Of a DNA stretch of 64,000 bases, positions 38,712-49,212 are shown one piece after another. Both the position numbers and the translations under genes were made by a program. The notes beneath the pieces were generated by a model. The model worked only from the letters and a program-made list of their open reading frames with translations. It was not told the DNA's origin and searched no databases. The DNA is from an uncultured Candidatus Saccharibacteria bacterium. GTDB taxonomy: Bacteria > Patescibacteriota > Minisyncoccia > UBA6257 > 2-01-FULL-56-20. The DNA is taken from positions 3,621 to 67,620 of the forward strand of contig CAZHBZ010000002.1 of assembly GCA_964530925.1 (NCBI GenBank). The letters are read 5' to 3'. Position 1 is the stretch's first letter; every line of letters starts with the position of its first letter.

Positions 38712-39761
38712 CTAAATCAGGGCACTGATAAACAAATCTATTTTTCTCTCAACCGCCTCTAGTCCAAAATTTTCTACTGTTTCCCTTCGCAAATACTCTC
38801 GATCATAAAACCTCTGATCGGCGCGGCCGGCAAGCAGAGAAATTATGGCGCTGGATATTTCCTCTGTCTTCTCTGGATTAATCAAAATTCCGGTTCTTCC
38901 ACAAAGGACCGCATCGGTCGAACCATCCTTATTCCCCGCAACAACCGGAATTCCCGAAGCGGTAGCCTCGATGAACACGATGCCGAAACCTTCGCCGGTT
39001 GAGGGCATAGCAAATACGTCCGCCAAGTTATAGAAATCTGGCAATTCTTCATCCGATACTCGGCCGGCCATAATTACCGAATCAGTCAAATTTAATTTTT
39101 TGATGTACATCCTTATCCTTTCTTCATCACTTCCGCCCCCAACTAAAATATATTTGGCGCCGGGAACCTTTTCCAAAATACTTGGCAAAGACGCGATTAT
39201 TTTATCATAACCCTTATATCCTTCTTCCGAAGAAAGACGCGATACGGTGAGAATTATCTTGTTGCCGGCAAGATTGTACCGGCTAAGCAGTGAGGCCGGT
39301 TTGTTGCTTATTTTAAATCTATTCGCATCTACGACATTCGGAATAACTGTAAGTTTCTCGACCACGCCAGGCAATTCCCTACCGAGACGCTCTGCTGTAT
39401 ATTTTGAAACGGAAATTATTTTATCTGCACCTTTTAGTCCGGCAATTCTCGGCGCGGATTTCAAACCCCAAACGTCCACGCCATGAACCGTGACCGCATA
39501 TTTAACTTTAAATATCGTTTTCAATGCCAAACAAAGCGGAGAAAAATTAACGTGTCCGGCGATTATAAGTTTTGGACGAAAAACTATTTCGGCAAAAAAT
39601 GTCCTAGCAACGAAGGAAAGCTTCCCGAGCAGAGAAGATCTCCTAAGCTCCACTATGCGGCAATCATTTCCAAGATTCTTTAGGGCTTCGCAAAACGCTA
39701 GATTGTGAGCCCCTATGCCACCCTGAGCCGACAGTTTGAAAGCTATATAAATTATTCTCAT
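38712..39761 (-). CDS. GT4 glycosyltransferase
   Basis: GGIG, YKGYD, EGFGIVFIEA. Confidence 0.92.
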   Translation of the reverse strand: MRIIYIAFKLSAQGGIGAHNLAFCEALKNLGNDCRIVELRRSSLLGKLSFVARTFFAEIVFRPKLIIAGHVNFSPLCLALKTIFKVKYAVTVHGVDVWGLKSAPRIAGLKGADKIISVSKYTAERLGRELPGVVEKLTVIPNVVDANRFKISNKPASLLSRYNLAGNKIILTVSRLSSEEGYKGYDKIIASLPSILEKVPGAKYILVGGGSDEERIRMYIKKLNLTDSVIMAGRVSDEELPDFYNLADVFAMPSTGEGFGIVFIEATASGIPVVAGNKDGSTDAVLCGRTGILINPEKTEEISSAIISLLAGRADQRFYDREYLRRETVENFGLEAVERKIDLFISALI

Positions 39762-40456
39762 CTCAACTTCTTTTTTAATTCCCGACTGAATTTAATGGTT
39801 CTTTTTATAAATTTACATTTTGAAGCCAGCCCCGTGTTCCAGCTGGATTCCCCGTGAATACGTTTTGGAAAAAACACCGGGAACCTAACAAGTTTCAACT
39901 CGTTTACCCTGGCAAGGTACAAAGCATAGAGATCAAATGCAAAATCCTTGGGCGGACTCTGCCACTTATCAAAAAAATTGCGATGAAATATATTTGGTTG
40001 GGCATTGACCTCAAACAGCATTCTTCCCAAATATAGCGTTTCAAAAATACCCATGCCAAGGCTAAAAAATGAATCTGCCAAGGGCCTTCCCCTGCGGCTG
40101 CCTTTAACATATATATTCTCCGGATTACCCGCCTTTTCTATTATATCTAGCGCTCGGATAACATCCGCAGGGTCGGTTTGCATATCAGCATGAGTCCAAC
40201 CCAGATACTCTCCATTAGCCGAACGCAGTCCGGCCAAAACCGCGCTTCCGTAACCGGCTTCCGGCTCAAAAACAGATTTGGCAAATTTATATCGTGGCAA
40301 AAACTCTGCAAGAACCTGCTTTGTATTATCTTTGGAATTATTGTCCACCAAAACAACTTCCACATCTTCCCTTTTTATAGCGGAAGAAAAGCGGGAAAGA
40401 ATCAGCGGTATGTTTTCCGCTTCGTTATAACACGGGACAACTATTGATAATTTCAT
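39758..40456 (-). CDS. GT2, polyprenol-phosphate glycosyltransferase (DPM1/GtrB-like)
   Basis: SIVVPCYNEAENI, DNNSKD, GYG..V..G, HADMQTDP, RIHGESSW. Confidence 0.85.
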   Translation of the reverse strand: MKLSIVVPCYNEAENIPLILSRFSSAIKREDVEVVLVDNNSKDNTKQVLAEFLPRYKFAKSVFEPEAGYGSAVLAGLRSANGEYLGWTHADMQTDPADVIRALDIIEKAGNPENIYVKGSRRGRPLADSFFSLGMGIFETLYLGRMLFEVNAQPNIFHRNFFDKWQSPPKDFAFDLYALYLARVNELKLVRFPVFFPKRIHGESSWNTGLASKCKFIKRTIKFSRELKKKLR

Positions 40457-42379
40457 TTAATTTCTTATTAATCCGACAACCGCAGAACCGTATTCCCTAT
40501 TTTCAAAAGTTTTCCATATCTTCCAGCTGGAATAGACCAGTTTGTTTATATAAACTTCTTTCCCGGGAACATCGGACACGAGAACCAGATTTATCCGTTT
40601 ATCCGAAACAATCTCCCCGGGTGAAAGCATCGGGAAGCCGTTTCTCAGTTCGTCTTCCCCGGCAGACAAATTTCTTGCCGCACGGACCTCTCTAACCGAA
40701 AATCCTGCGAGAATCTGGGGAAAAACTCCGTAAGTGGAGCCGGCAATGTAGGCTGAAGATGCGTAACCGTCATTTTTTGCTTCGGTTAAGGCTCTTCCAT
40801 AATCATATGGAAATTCCGAAAGAATACTATATTCCCCAGGTTTTTTAATTACCGCAGTAAATTCACCGGCAAGAGAATCTATCCGCAAGTTGTCCGCCGG
40901 GATGCGGTTAAACACATATATATTGTTTGTAATAAGAACTAAAAGCCCCAGAGACAAAGCATAGCGCGAAACAGATACTCTTTCGCTTGAAAAAACCAAC
41001 ACTGCGAAAATCCCCAGAATTGCGAACGGAGCGATATATTCCGCCTGATAGCGGCCTATTCCCCAAAGGTCGGGCAAAATAAGATAAAAAATCAAAATTC
41101 CACCAAGGAATAAGCTTATGATTTCCAAAAAACGCTTCGTCTTTATGGTATAGAAAACAAAAGCAAACGCCGCAAAAATTATCCATATAGGCTGAACCGA
41201 ATTCGTTATTGCTGTCCAGGCGATCCCGGACTTCAACGCGAACCACACGCGCCCGAGAGCGGAAAGCCCGGTCGGAAGAAATGATTCTCCCCCGGAAACA
41301 AAACTTGCGGAGGTTCCGCCGATGAAGCTTCCGAGAAGAAACGGCGCGGCCACAAGCGCAGGCGACATCGCCACAAACAGATCTTTCCTCGCGGTTTTAC
41401 TTTTCCAAAAATCGGATCCGAGACGGATGAATGCGGGCACAAAAGCCACAAAGGCTGTTTGCCTCACCAGCGTCAATATCGCAATTACGGAAAATAGGCG
41501 CAAATGATCCTGCGCGGAAAGATCGTCCTTGGAAAACAAATATAGAAGCGTAAAACTCCAAGCTAAAGTTGCCCAGACGGACTGCTCGACCAAAATCCCA
41601 ACGTGCCAAACGACCGGAATTGTTGCCGCCGCGATCCCAAAAAGAATGGAATTTAAAAAACCGATTTTTTTAACGGCGAATCTATACGCCATAAATCCCA
41701 GTCCCAACAGCGCAGCAAACTGCGCAAATCTAAAAGCGAAGTCGGAGGGCGAGAATATCGCCCCTGAAAGCCAAAGCGGGAATAGGCGGAACGGCGGATG
41801 CGGGCCACCGCTTCCACCCAAAAGAATTATCATCTCCCTGAAAAGGATAAAAACCAGCGCGTATCCGATAATCTTATAAACCAACTTTTTATTCCGTAAA
41901 AATCTATAAAATAAAATCCCGGCGGCCGCAGTGATCAAACTTACGACCCACAGCAGGGCGCTGAAACTTATATCTCCGAGCCAGGCAAACTTCCCGGAAA
42001 GGATATAGATCAAATTCATCCCGTGAGACTCCGCTTGCTGGGCGTGAGCCAAGCCGTCGTTCACGACCGAGTTTGTCAGGGCGGAAAAAGAAATCGGGAA
42101 TAAAGCGGCGAGTAATAATAAACCCGCAAACACATCCCTCACGCTCACGGCAAAGAAATCTTCAAAAATGTCCGTCTTCTTTTGCCAAAAGAATAGAAAC
42201 AACATAAATATACCGAATAGGATCGGAAACAAAATAAAATTCTTTAGCCAACCCCCCGAGGATAAAGCCCCGAAAAAACCGTAAACCCAAAACGCCGCAA
42301 AAGCGAGTATTGCTGCCCAGTTGATCCGGAAAGCGAATAAAACCTTCGATAAATTCATACTTTTCAGACGCCCAAACAT
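40457..42379 (-). CDS. Large polytopic membrane protein (possible GT-C fold glycosyltransferase)
   Basis: >10 TMs, PHPPF loop, GIGRY motif; located between DPM1-like GT and MTase. Confidence 0.65.
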   Translation of the reverse strand: MFGRLKSMNLSKVLFAFRINWAAILAFAAFWVYGFFGALSSGGWLKNFILFPILFGIFMLFLFFWQKKTDIFEDFFAVSVRDVFAGLLLLAALFPISFSALTNSVVNDGLAHAQQAESHGMNLIYILSGKFAWLGDISFSALLWVVSLITAAAGILFYRFLRNKKLVYKIIGYALVFILFREMIILLGGSGGPHPPFRLFPLWLSGAIFSPSDFAFRFAQFAALLGLGFMAYRFAVKKIGFLNSILFGIAAATIPVVWHVGILVEQSVWATLAWSFTLLYLFSKDDLSAQDHLRLFSVIAILTLVRQTAFVAFVPAFIRLGSDFWKSKTARKDLFVAMSPALVAAPFLLGSFIGGTSASFVSGGESFLPTGLSALGRVWFALKSGIAWTAITNSVQPIWIIFAAFAFVFYTIKTKRFLEIISLFLGGILIFYLILPDLWGIGRYQAEYIAPFAILGIFAVLVFSSERVSVSRYALSLGLLVLITNNIYVFNRIPADNLRIDSLAGEFTAVIKKPGEYSILSEFPYDYGRALTEAKNDGYASSAYIAGSTYGVFPQILAGFSVREVRAARNLSAGEDELRNGFPMLSPGEIVSDKRINLVLVSDVPGKEVYINKLVYSSWKIWKTFENREYGSAVVGLIRN

Positions 42380-43173
42380 TACCCCACTCTACGCAAAACT
42401 ATCTGTCTCTGCAAGGCGAAAATCCCAGGCAGGATCCGCGTTAAAATATTATCCAGAAATCTAAGGATCTTTAATATAAAAATCGGCAACGGAATATAAA
42501 CCGTCTTAGCCACCACTCCACCGGAATTAATGAAATTAAAGAACTCGCTGAAACTTTGTTTTTCTATTTTGAAATATGGTACTTCTTTTTCAAACTTTTT
42601 TGCATCGTCAAAAAGCAATCTTGGAATGGCGCAGTTCGCAGACCAGAGATCATTCGGATCGGTTGCAACTTTTTCTCTGCTAAATACATCCGCGCCGAAA
42701 TCATATCCCTCGTGCCTCATAAGTCTGAGAAGCGCGCGCATAAAGAATGATGCGTTTATCTCTTGGACCAGCAAAACTCCACCCGGCTTCAAAAGCCTCT
42801 TCGTTTCTTCGAAAAATTTTACCGGATAAGGAGTGTGATGAATCATGTTGCTGGAAATTACAAAATCAAACTCGCCGTCTTTAAATGGCGTGGCTAGCGC
42901 ATCCACATTTTCTACATCCAACCAGTCGTTCGGCGCGTAATCTGTGACTAGATAATCAGCTTTTATAAATTCCTTGCTAAGCCCCGACCCGGCTCCGACC
43001 TCCACCCCTTTTGCTCCGGCAGGGATAAACGCGTTCATCCAGTCAAATCTCCCCTCTAATAGAAACTTTAGGTTGTGGAATTTGGTTCCGAAGAAAAACT
43101 TGCGCGCGGCGAGAACATCGCCTTCCTGGCGCATGCGGTTCAGCTCGTGCGCCGGTTTGTAGGTCCTGCTCAT
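42379..43173 (-). CDS. Class I SAM methyltransferase
   Basis: EVGAGSG, PFKDGEFD, NMIHH, LKPGG. Confidence 0.88.
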   Translation of the reverse strand: MSRTYKPAHELNRMRQEGDVLAARKFFFGTKFHNLKFLLEGRFDWMNAFIPAGAKGVEVGAGSGLSKEFIKADYLVTDYAPNDWLDVENVDALATPFKDGEFDFVISSNMIHHTPYPVKFFEETKRLLKPGGVLLVQEINASFFMRALLRLMRHEGYDFGADVFSREKVATDPNDLWSANCAIPRLLFDDAKKFEKEVPYFKIEKQSFSEFFNFINSGGVVAKTVYIPLPIFILKILRFLDNILTRILPGIFALQRQIVLRRVG

Positions 43174-44000
43174 CTTGTTTTATATATGCTGTCGAAAAAT
43201 TTTACCCAGAGCTTGCTTTCGGCATCTTCCCGAGTCTTCAAATCTCCGTAAACATAAAGATATTCCAGCTCTTCATACCTATGGAGATCTGCCGGCTTTC
43301 CCCAGCCGACATAGAGATCTACATCAAAAATAACGCTCTTAAGTCCAAGCTTTTTGTAGAAAATAGGCAGAGAGTCCACATAAAATTCGTTGTTTATCCT
43401 GTAATTTTCACTTATCATCAGCTCACAAGCATCCTTAAACTGCTTGGCCTTCTTGAAATAGAAGGTCGCCACGACGGCATGATCATTGAACGGTGTATCG
43501 GAAACTGGAATCTTTACCGACATATCCGCGATCGTCTCCCCGTCTTCATCCAGCCTCACCCAGCCCCAAGCTTCCGGCTTGGAGAGCAACAATTCATTCT
43601 TGGTGAAGGTCCACAAGACCATATCTACATCGGATCTTTTTTTCAGGGCAGAAAATTTTTCCTCATCGTATAAAAAGCTATTGTCGCAGGCAGCGATCAA
43701 AACATCCTCTTCCGGGTCCAAATAAGACAGAGCGAGCATGCAACTTGTCGCTTGGCCGACCGGCTTCTCTTCCGGCACGATTATCGCCCCGGGAAGTTTT
43801 TTTAAGATTACTTTATCTATCCCGTAGTTATCGATGTGCTCTTTTCTAACCACAAATATCCACTTATCCGAAGGCGGCAGCGCATCGATTATGGTCAGGA
43901 TCATCGGGGCGCCGGAAGCGGGAATAACCGGCTTAGGCAAAATATAGCCTTCTGCGGCAAAGCGGGAACCGGAGCCGGACATTGGGATTACATTCGCCAT
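43170..44000 (-). CDS. Nucleotidyltransferase-like protein (NTP_transferase fold)
   Basis: IPMSGSGSRF...PKP, ACD, NNEFYVD, GKPADL. Confidence 0.85.
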   Translation of the reverse strand: MANVIPMSGSGSRFAAEGYILPKPVIPASGAPMILTIIDALPPSDKWIFVVRKEHIDNYGIDKVILKKLPGAIIVPEEKPVGQATSCMLALSYLDPEEDVLIAACDNSFLYDEEKFSALKKRSDVDMVLWTFTKNELLLSKPEAWGWVRLDEDGETIADMSVKIPVSDTPFNDHAVVATFYFKKAKQFKDACELMISENYRINNEFYVDSLPIFYKKLGLKSVIFDVDLYVGWGKPADLHRYEELEYLYVYGDLKTREDAESKLWVKFFDSIYKTR

Positions 44001-44909
44001 TTATTTAAGTTTACGGCTTAATGGGTGATGCCCGCAAACAGAGAAATATCCTTTCCAATAATCATGGGATTTATCCCGAGATTCCAAATTTATCTTCACA
44101 TTTATCTCCCGTTCCGCGGGGATGTCCGTAATTCCTTTTTTCTCACCGATCTCTTCCGCAAAAAATCTCGACCATGCCTCATACTCTTCCAGGTCTTCAG
44201 GGGTTCCCCATTGGCAAAAATACTCCGCCGGATATACGAGAGACCTAAATCCATCTTTTATCATCGGATTAAAAACCAAACTGGTATACGATTCCCCATT
44301 CAAAGTCCAATTTTCTTTTAGCGAACGTTCGCAATATTCTTTAAGCAATTCTCCGGAAGAAAACCAAAAAAGGCCGGACTGCTGCCAGGTATCCATCTTG
44401 TTCGAAGTAAACGAAAATTTTTCGCGCACCTCTTCTGCAAAATTGTTCCCGCCAACCCTAACTCCGGCATAAAGATTCGGACCCAAAAGATGCGGATGAA
44501 AGCCTTTATAACAGATAGAAGCGCTGTCGGCGCCGCGAACCTTGGCTTCCGCCAAAAAATCCTTCTCGTCCCAATACATGGCAAAATCGCAGTAGCTTAC
44601 AAAGACAGGTTCGTCATCCAAAAATTTTTTTGCGGCTAGGATTGCATAGTTGGGACCGAATTTATGCGGCTCAATACTAATTATTTCCGAGTTAGGAGAA
44701 ATCTTTCTCAAAATTCCCCCCATTCCAATATCCGCATCTTTAAGATGCTCCGAATTACAAATAAAAATAAACTTGTCTTCCGGCAAGAACATCTTCGTCA
44801 CATGCTCTATAATGGGCAGTCCGTCCACGCGGATAAGGGGCTTCGGGCTTAAATACCCGGCGGCTTTGAATCGCGACCCAAGTCCGGACATTGGAATAAT
44901 TACTTTCAT
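44001..44909 (-). CDS. Nucleotidyltransferase-like protein (NTP_transferase fold), paralogue
   Basis: IPMSGLGSRF...PKPL, SYCD, NGESY, QWGTPEDL. Confidence 0.85.
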   Translation of the reverse strand: MKVIIPMSGLGSRFKAAGYLSPKPLIRVDGLPIIEHVTKMFLPEDKFIFICNSEHLKDADIGMGGILRKISPNSEIISIEPHKFGPNYAILAAKKFLDDEPVFVSYCDFAMYWDEKDFLAEAKVRGADSASICYKGFHPHLLGPNLYAGVRVGGNNFAEEVREKFSFTSNKMDTWQQSGLFWFSSGELLKEYCERSLKENWTLNGESYTSLVFNPMIKDGFRSLVYPAEYFCQWGTPEDLEEYEAWSRFFAEEIGEKKGITDIPAEREINVKINLESRDKSHDYWKGYFSVCGHHPLSRKLK

Positions 44910-44922
44910 TTTATTTAAAACC

Positions 44923-45534
44923 CTACTCCCAAAAATGGGCATTCGAAAGCGAACACATGACCGCATCAAGGGACATGCCCAGATCCTCTATCTTGCGCCT
45001 ATAAGACTCAATGTCCTCCGGACGACCCCACCTATCCGGAGAAACCAAAGCCGTTTTAAAGGGGGTTAACCTCACCACCACCTCCCGATCGAGGGGGAGG
45101 ATGGTGTTTGTGTCTATCCACGCCCAATTAACCAACCCAGCCTGAGCAAGCGCGAATTCAATTGGTTCCGCCTCGCTGTAGCGTACCGCAATTTCTTTAA
45201 CACCGGAGCGCGATGCGCGATATAGGTATGGAAATTCCACATCCAGGAGAAAATAGTTTTCTTTTGGAATTTTATATTTTTCCGCCAGAACGATACAGCG
45301 CTCTTCTGTCCCAGCCTCTTTTATATTAAAAATGATAAATTTGTGTTTGAAATTCTGCAGATATAATTCCAAACCATCGCATTCTTCCCCCGGCCCCGCT
45401 GGGTCATGGCTTAAATATAAGCTATCCGTTGTGGGGTTATGTCGCACATCTATCTCTACGCCGTAGATTTCGGGTACTTTTTTTAGATCCTCCACGCGAT
45501 TGATCCTGTGGATTATTATGATTGGTTTTTTCAT
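44923..45534 (-). CDS. GDPD/PLC-like phosphodiesterase-fold protein
   Basis: HRIN, GVEIDVR, SHDP, NIKE motifs. Confidence 0.7.
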   Translation of the reverse strand: MKKPIIIIHRINRVEDLKKVPEIYGVEIDVRHNPTTDSLYLSHDPAGPGEECDGLELYLQNFKHKFIIFNIKEAGTEERCIVLAEKYKIPKENYFLLDVEFPYLYRASRSGVKEIAVRYSEAEPIEFALAQAGLVNWAWIDTNTILPLDREVVVRLTPFKTALVSPDRWGRPEDIESYRRKIEDLGMSLDAVMCSLSNAHFWE

Positions 45535-45536
45535 TT

Positions 45537-46436
45537 TCAGATCAACATTGTCTTCCTGTGCTTCTCCGTTTCCATATTCCTCAAGTATATTACTTTTGCT
45601 TCTGGCAACAGCTCTATTTGAAAGCCGAGATTATTCGCGGAGGAAAGCACATAACTCCAGGCTCCGAACAATTCCTTTTCGGCAGGAGAATAATCATTAA
45701 ACCCCCGCCCGTTCACGGAAAAAACTGCTTGGTCCGGAAAGATAATGTCTTTCCCAAAATTAAAATTGTGCGTTCCCGCACCCACAACGTCCGGGACGTA
45801 TCGGGAAAGCCCTAGCTGAACTTTTATTTCTAAATCCAATTTCTTATGCAAATCCGCAAGCCTCTCGGCAGAATCTGCGGAAACTATCACTCCATGGTTC
45901 TTTAGGAAAATTATTTCGGGAATGCCTCTCTCTCTAACTAATTCGGCAACCGCGATCGCCAGCTCGGCCCCGGGATGGAAATATCCTAAAAATGCGGAGC
46001 TGAATCCGAGTTTCGAGCAAATATTCGCCGATAATTCTTCTCCGCCCGCAGAACAGGTCAAAACATTCGCATAAACGGAATGGGTATGAAGAACGTACTT
46101 CCCAAGAAATGCATGGAACCCGGCCTCCATTGAGGGCCTAAAATCCCCTCCGGCGAGTCGGCAGGACAAAAGAAATTCTGCTTCTTTTTTCTCGCCGCTT
46201 TCGCGATCCGGCTCCGCTAGCTTGCCATATCTTTCGGCAAGCATCGGATAGTTAATCTCCACAAATCCTTTTTGGGGGCTTAATTCGGAAAATCTCATCC
46301 CGGACGCCTTAATGATCATCGTACCTGCGCCCGTTTTAACCGAAAGATTTCCCCCGCTTCCCTGAACCGCATCCGGCGCGGAAAAATCGGCGGCAATCAT
46401 GGAAAGCTCAGTAAGTTCTTTTTTCATATTCTTCAA
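45537..46436 (-). CDS. Class II aldolase/adducin-family protein
   Basis: GSGGNLS, IKASG, RPSMEAGFH, HTHS, LKNHG. Confidence 0.85.
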   Translation of the reverse strand: MKNMKKELTELSMIAADFSAPDAVQGSGGNLSVKTGAGTMIIKASGMRFSELSPQKGFVEINYPMLAERYGKLAEPDRESGEKKEAEFLLSCRLAGGDFRPSMEAGFHAFLGKYVLHTHSVYANVLTCSAGGEELSANICSKLGFSSAFLGYFHPGAELAIAVAELVRERGIPEIIFLKNHGVIVSADSAERLADLHKKLDLEIKVQLGLSRYVPDVVGAGTHNFNFGKDIIFPDQAVFSVNGRGFNDYSPAEKELFGAWSYVLSSANNLGFQIELLPEAKVIYLRNMETEKHRKTMLI

Positions 46437-48534
46437 TTCTCATTCCTTCAAAAATATAATAACAGATAAAGAGCTGCATAAGCCCATCATAGCCGGAGGC
46501 CCACTTCGGTTCCCCCACGACAACATCCCAAAGCTCCGGGGCCACGCTGAAAGCAATCGAATCTATCTCTCCGGGAGAAACCTGCCCCTCTACCCTGACT
46601 TCTTGAAATTCATCTGAGAAAGAATGGTTCACGCGCATCCCCCGGAGCTCTCCCAGTGCGGAAAGAAGCGGATCCATATTTACGTGATTCCCGCACCTTA
46701 TGGCCAAATTCATATTCCCAGTTCCATCCACCCTGCCGAGAGAAACAACAATATCCGAATATTGTTCCTGGGGCTTAATGAACCGTTCGGAGTCGGATCC
46801 TCTTTTTTTAATCTGTTCCAGCACACGCGCCCGATCATAGCCCCTCTCTCGCATGTCACGTTCAACTTTCCAGTCAACCCTTAAATCTTCATCTGGACGC
46901 AAAAATATTTTTAGATCCAAGATGTCCCTCATCTTCGTCAGATACAAAGAGTGAAGCCCTTCAAAAATAATTATTTTTTTGGATTCCAGCTTTTCCGGAA
47001 GGGTAAACCTTCCTCTATTATGGTCGTATCTTTTCCTTTCCACTCCATCGCCTCCGCCGAGCCTAATCGCTTGCTCCAGGTCAGCGTGAAGATTATTTGC
47101 CCGCGGATCGAGGTGGGTAAACTTATTCCACATTTTGTTCCCCCTCTCCCATTTATGCATATCGTCTCCTTCGGCGACCACGGTATTTTTCTCCCCAAAT
47201 ACATCCGATATCAACCTAGCAACCGTAGATTTGCCGCTACCTGAGTCCCCGGAAAGTCCGATAAGATAGGGTTTGTAACTTATTTTGTAACGCATATTGC
47301 TCTCGATTCCCTTTCGGTATATCCAAAAAACACTGAGCGCCAAAGCGGCCTGCAGCGCGCTAAATATAGAATTAATTATTATCGCCGGGTTATGGCCATA
47401 GGAGGAGATGGCCGAATAAAGATTAGGATACCCGGCTATAACTTTTGATATAGGATAAAACACCTCGAACATATCCGAGTTGGGAATAAACATAAAATAC
47501 AAAAAATAAAGAAAGTTCAGGGCAAAAAAGCTAAGCATTGGAGCATCGTCCTGTTTTATGTAGAAATATATAAGAAACGGAAGCACCCAATAATACCAGC
47601 CTTGCATGGGCGGGATAAAGAAAGTAAGTATGCCGAAACTGAAACCGAGAAACATCAGGAAAATGTCTCGATTATAAGTCTTATAGGTGAAACCTTTCGC
47701 CAGAAGAAGAAGGTACGCAAATGGAACCAGGTAGATGACGAAGTTCCCGCCAAAATTTATCTTGAAGTCGAATACCTTAAACTCTTGGGGAGTTTTGAGA
47801 ACTATCTCTACGAATCCCGGAGATAGAAGGTAGTTGGCATTCAGCGCCAAAAAGACAAAGATCGGGATTGCCGAAAAGAGCAATACCTTTCTGACTCCTA
47901 TTTTCTGGCTCACAAGATATGCGATAGCAAAGGGTAGAACTATTAACATCCCCGTCTTCGCAGAAACAGCGAGCCCGAGAAATATAAAAGCCGCAAATAA
48001 TTTTTCTTTAAAAATAAAGTATAGCGAGACAAAAAGAAGGGCAATGGGAATCGCATCCAGCTGGCCATGAATATAGCTTATATAAAAAAGTATCGGTGAA
48101 CACCAATAATAGCGCAGCACTTTCTCTTGTTTGCTCTTGAGCCACCTGACCAAAATCAGGAATATCGCCAAGTCCGCCAAAAGTATGGGGAGTCTGTAGA
48201 TCAGGAGGTGCAGATTTCCGGCCGCGAAATAGTCCGCGCTAACCAGAAAAGAAAAAATTGCCCTTGGAACGGCCAGCGCCCAAAGCATCACGCTCGGGTA
48301 GGGAAAAATATCCAGAATCCCGGCTTGAGAAAAAAATGCATACGGGTTCTCAAACCCGCTAACCACGAAATAATTTATAAATCTGGAGAATAAATCCGTT
48401 AGGTAGTGTGAAGCGAAAAGCGCCGAAGACAGCAACTTCAGACCCAAAACACACCAAAAGAGAGGCCGTCTCAATATTGGGACTTTAAAACTTCCCTGCC
48501 TGTCATAAAGACGGCTTTTCAGGTATTTGACCAT
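46408..48534 (-). CDS. Fusion: polytopic GT-C-like membrane domain + phosphoribulokinase/uridine-kinase P-loop domain
   Basis: FPYP and HGQLDAIP in TM region; GLSGDSGSGKST, DD.H, LDPRANN, EGLH and WKVERDMRERGY in the C-terminal part. Confidence 0.8.
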   Translation of the reverse strand: MVKYLKSRLYDRQGSFKVPILRRPLFWCVLGLKLLSSALFASHYLTDLFSRFINYFVVSGFENPYAFFSQAGILDIFPYPSVMLWALAVPRAIFSFLVSADYFAAGNLHLLIYRLPILLADLAIFLILVRWLKSKQEKVLRYYWCSPILFYISYIHGQLDAIPIALLFVSLYFIFKEKLFAAFIFLGLAVSAKTGMLIVLPFAIAYLVSQKIGVRKVLLFSAIPIFVFLALNANYLLSPGFVEIVLKTPQEFKVFDFKINFGGNFVIYLVPFAYLLLLAKGFTYKTYNRDIFLMFLGFSFGILTFFIPPMQGWYYWVLPFLIYFYIKQDDAPMLSFFALNFLYFLYFMFIPNSDMFEVFYPISKVIAGYPNLYSAISSYGHNPAIIINSIFSALQAALALSVFWIYRKGIESNMRYKISYKPYLIGLSGDSGSGKSTVARLISDVFGEKNTVVAEGDDMHKWERGNKMWNKFTHLDPRANNLHADLEQAIRLGGGDGVERKRYDHNRGRFTLPEKLESKKIIIFEGLHSLYLTKMRDILDLKIFLRPDEDLRVDWKVERDMRERGYDRARVLEQIKKRGSDSERFIKPQEQYSDIVVSLGRVDGTGNMNLAIRCGNHVNMDPLLSALGELRGMRVNHSFSDEFQEVRVEGQVSPGEIDSIAFSVAPELWDVVVGEPKWASGYDGLMQLFICYYIFEGMRIEEYEKRTY

Positions 48535-48558
48535 GATGCGTTGAGCCAGCTAGATTGC

Positions 48559-49212
48559 CTATCCTAAAAGAACCGTTCTTATTCCCGCTGCCTTTGCTCC
48601 GGAAATATCCTTTTCCAAATCGTCTCCTATAAGAAGGCACTCCTTTGGCCTCAGTTTAAGCTTCTTAAGAGCCAGGGAGAATATCGCCTCGTGGGGCTTA
48701 TCCTTTCCAGCCTCTTCCGAAGATACAATAAAATCCAGGTATTTATCAACCGAAAGGGATTTAACTTTCTCCATCTGTATCCGCGCAGTAAGATCGGTTA
48801 TCAGACAAATCTTTATCCCTCTTTTTTTCGAATTGGATAAAAAGGTTTTTACGCCCTCTTTCAAATTCATTTTTTTGAAAAAATTATTCCAAAAAATTTC
48901 TTCAATCCGCAAAGTCAGGGCGATATCAGTTCTTCCCAGATGTTTTTCCAAAAGTACCTGAAAATAAAGAAGGCGCGAGTGAGAGGCTGCTGTTCCTCCC
49001 AGAGAAGATTTTACTTCCTTGCGAGCTTCGCCATACATACGCTCCAGATCTTTTTCGGAAAGATTAAGGCGGCGACTCAACACCTTGAAACAGGCGCTCA
49101 TGCCGTTTTTGTTTGCCGGTTCGTAATCATAAAGAGTGTTGTCCAGATCCAAAAGGATACCCCTCACGCCAGACAGAGCAATTTCTGGGATATAAAATTT
49201 ATTTTTTTTCAT
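48559..49212 (-). CDS. HAD-superfamily phosphatase
   Basis: DLDNTLY, KP, GDDLEKDI motifs. Confidence 0.9.
   Translation of the reverse strand: MKKNKFYIPEIALSGVRGILLDLDNTLYDYEPANKNGMSACFKVLSRRLNLSEKDLERMYGEARKEVKSSLGGTAASHSRLLYFQVLLEKHLGRTDIALTLRIEEIFWNNFFKKMNLKEGVKTFLSNSKKRGIKICLITDLTARIQMEKVKSLSVDKYLDFIVSSEEAGKDKPHEAIFSLALKKLKLRPKECLLIGDDLEKDISGAKAAGIRTVLLG

Noticed and set aside
46408-47290. Calvin-cycle carbon fixation from the PRK-like domain
   Set aside because: Domain is fused to a membrane protein in a glycan locus and no RuBisCO is present in this window
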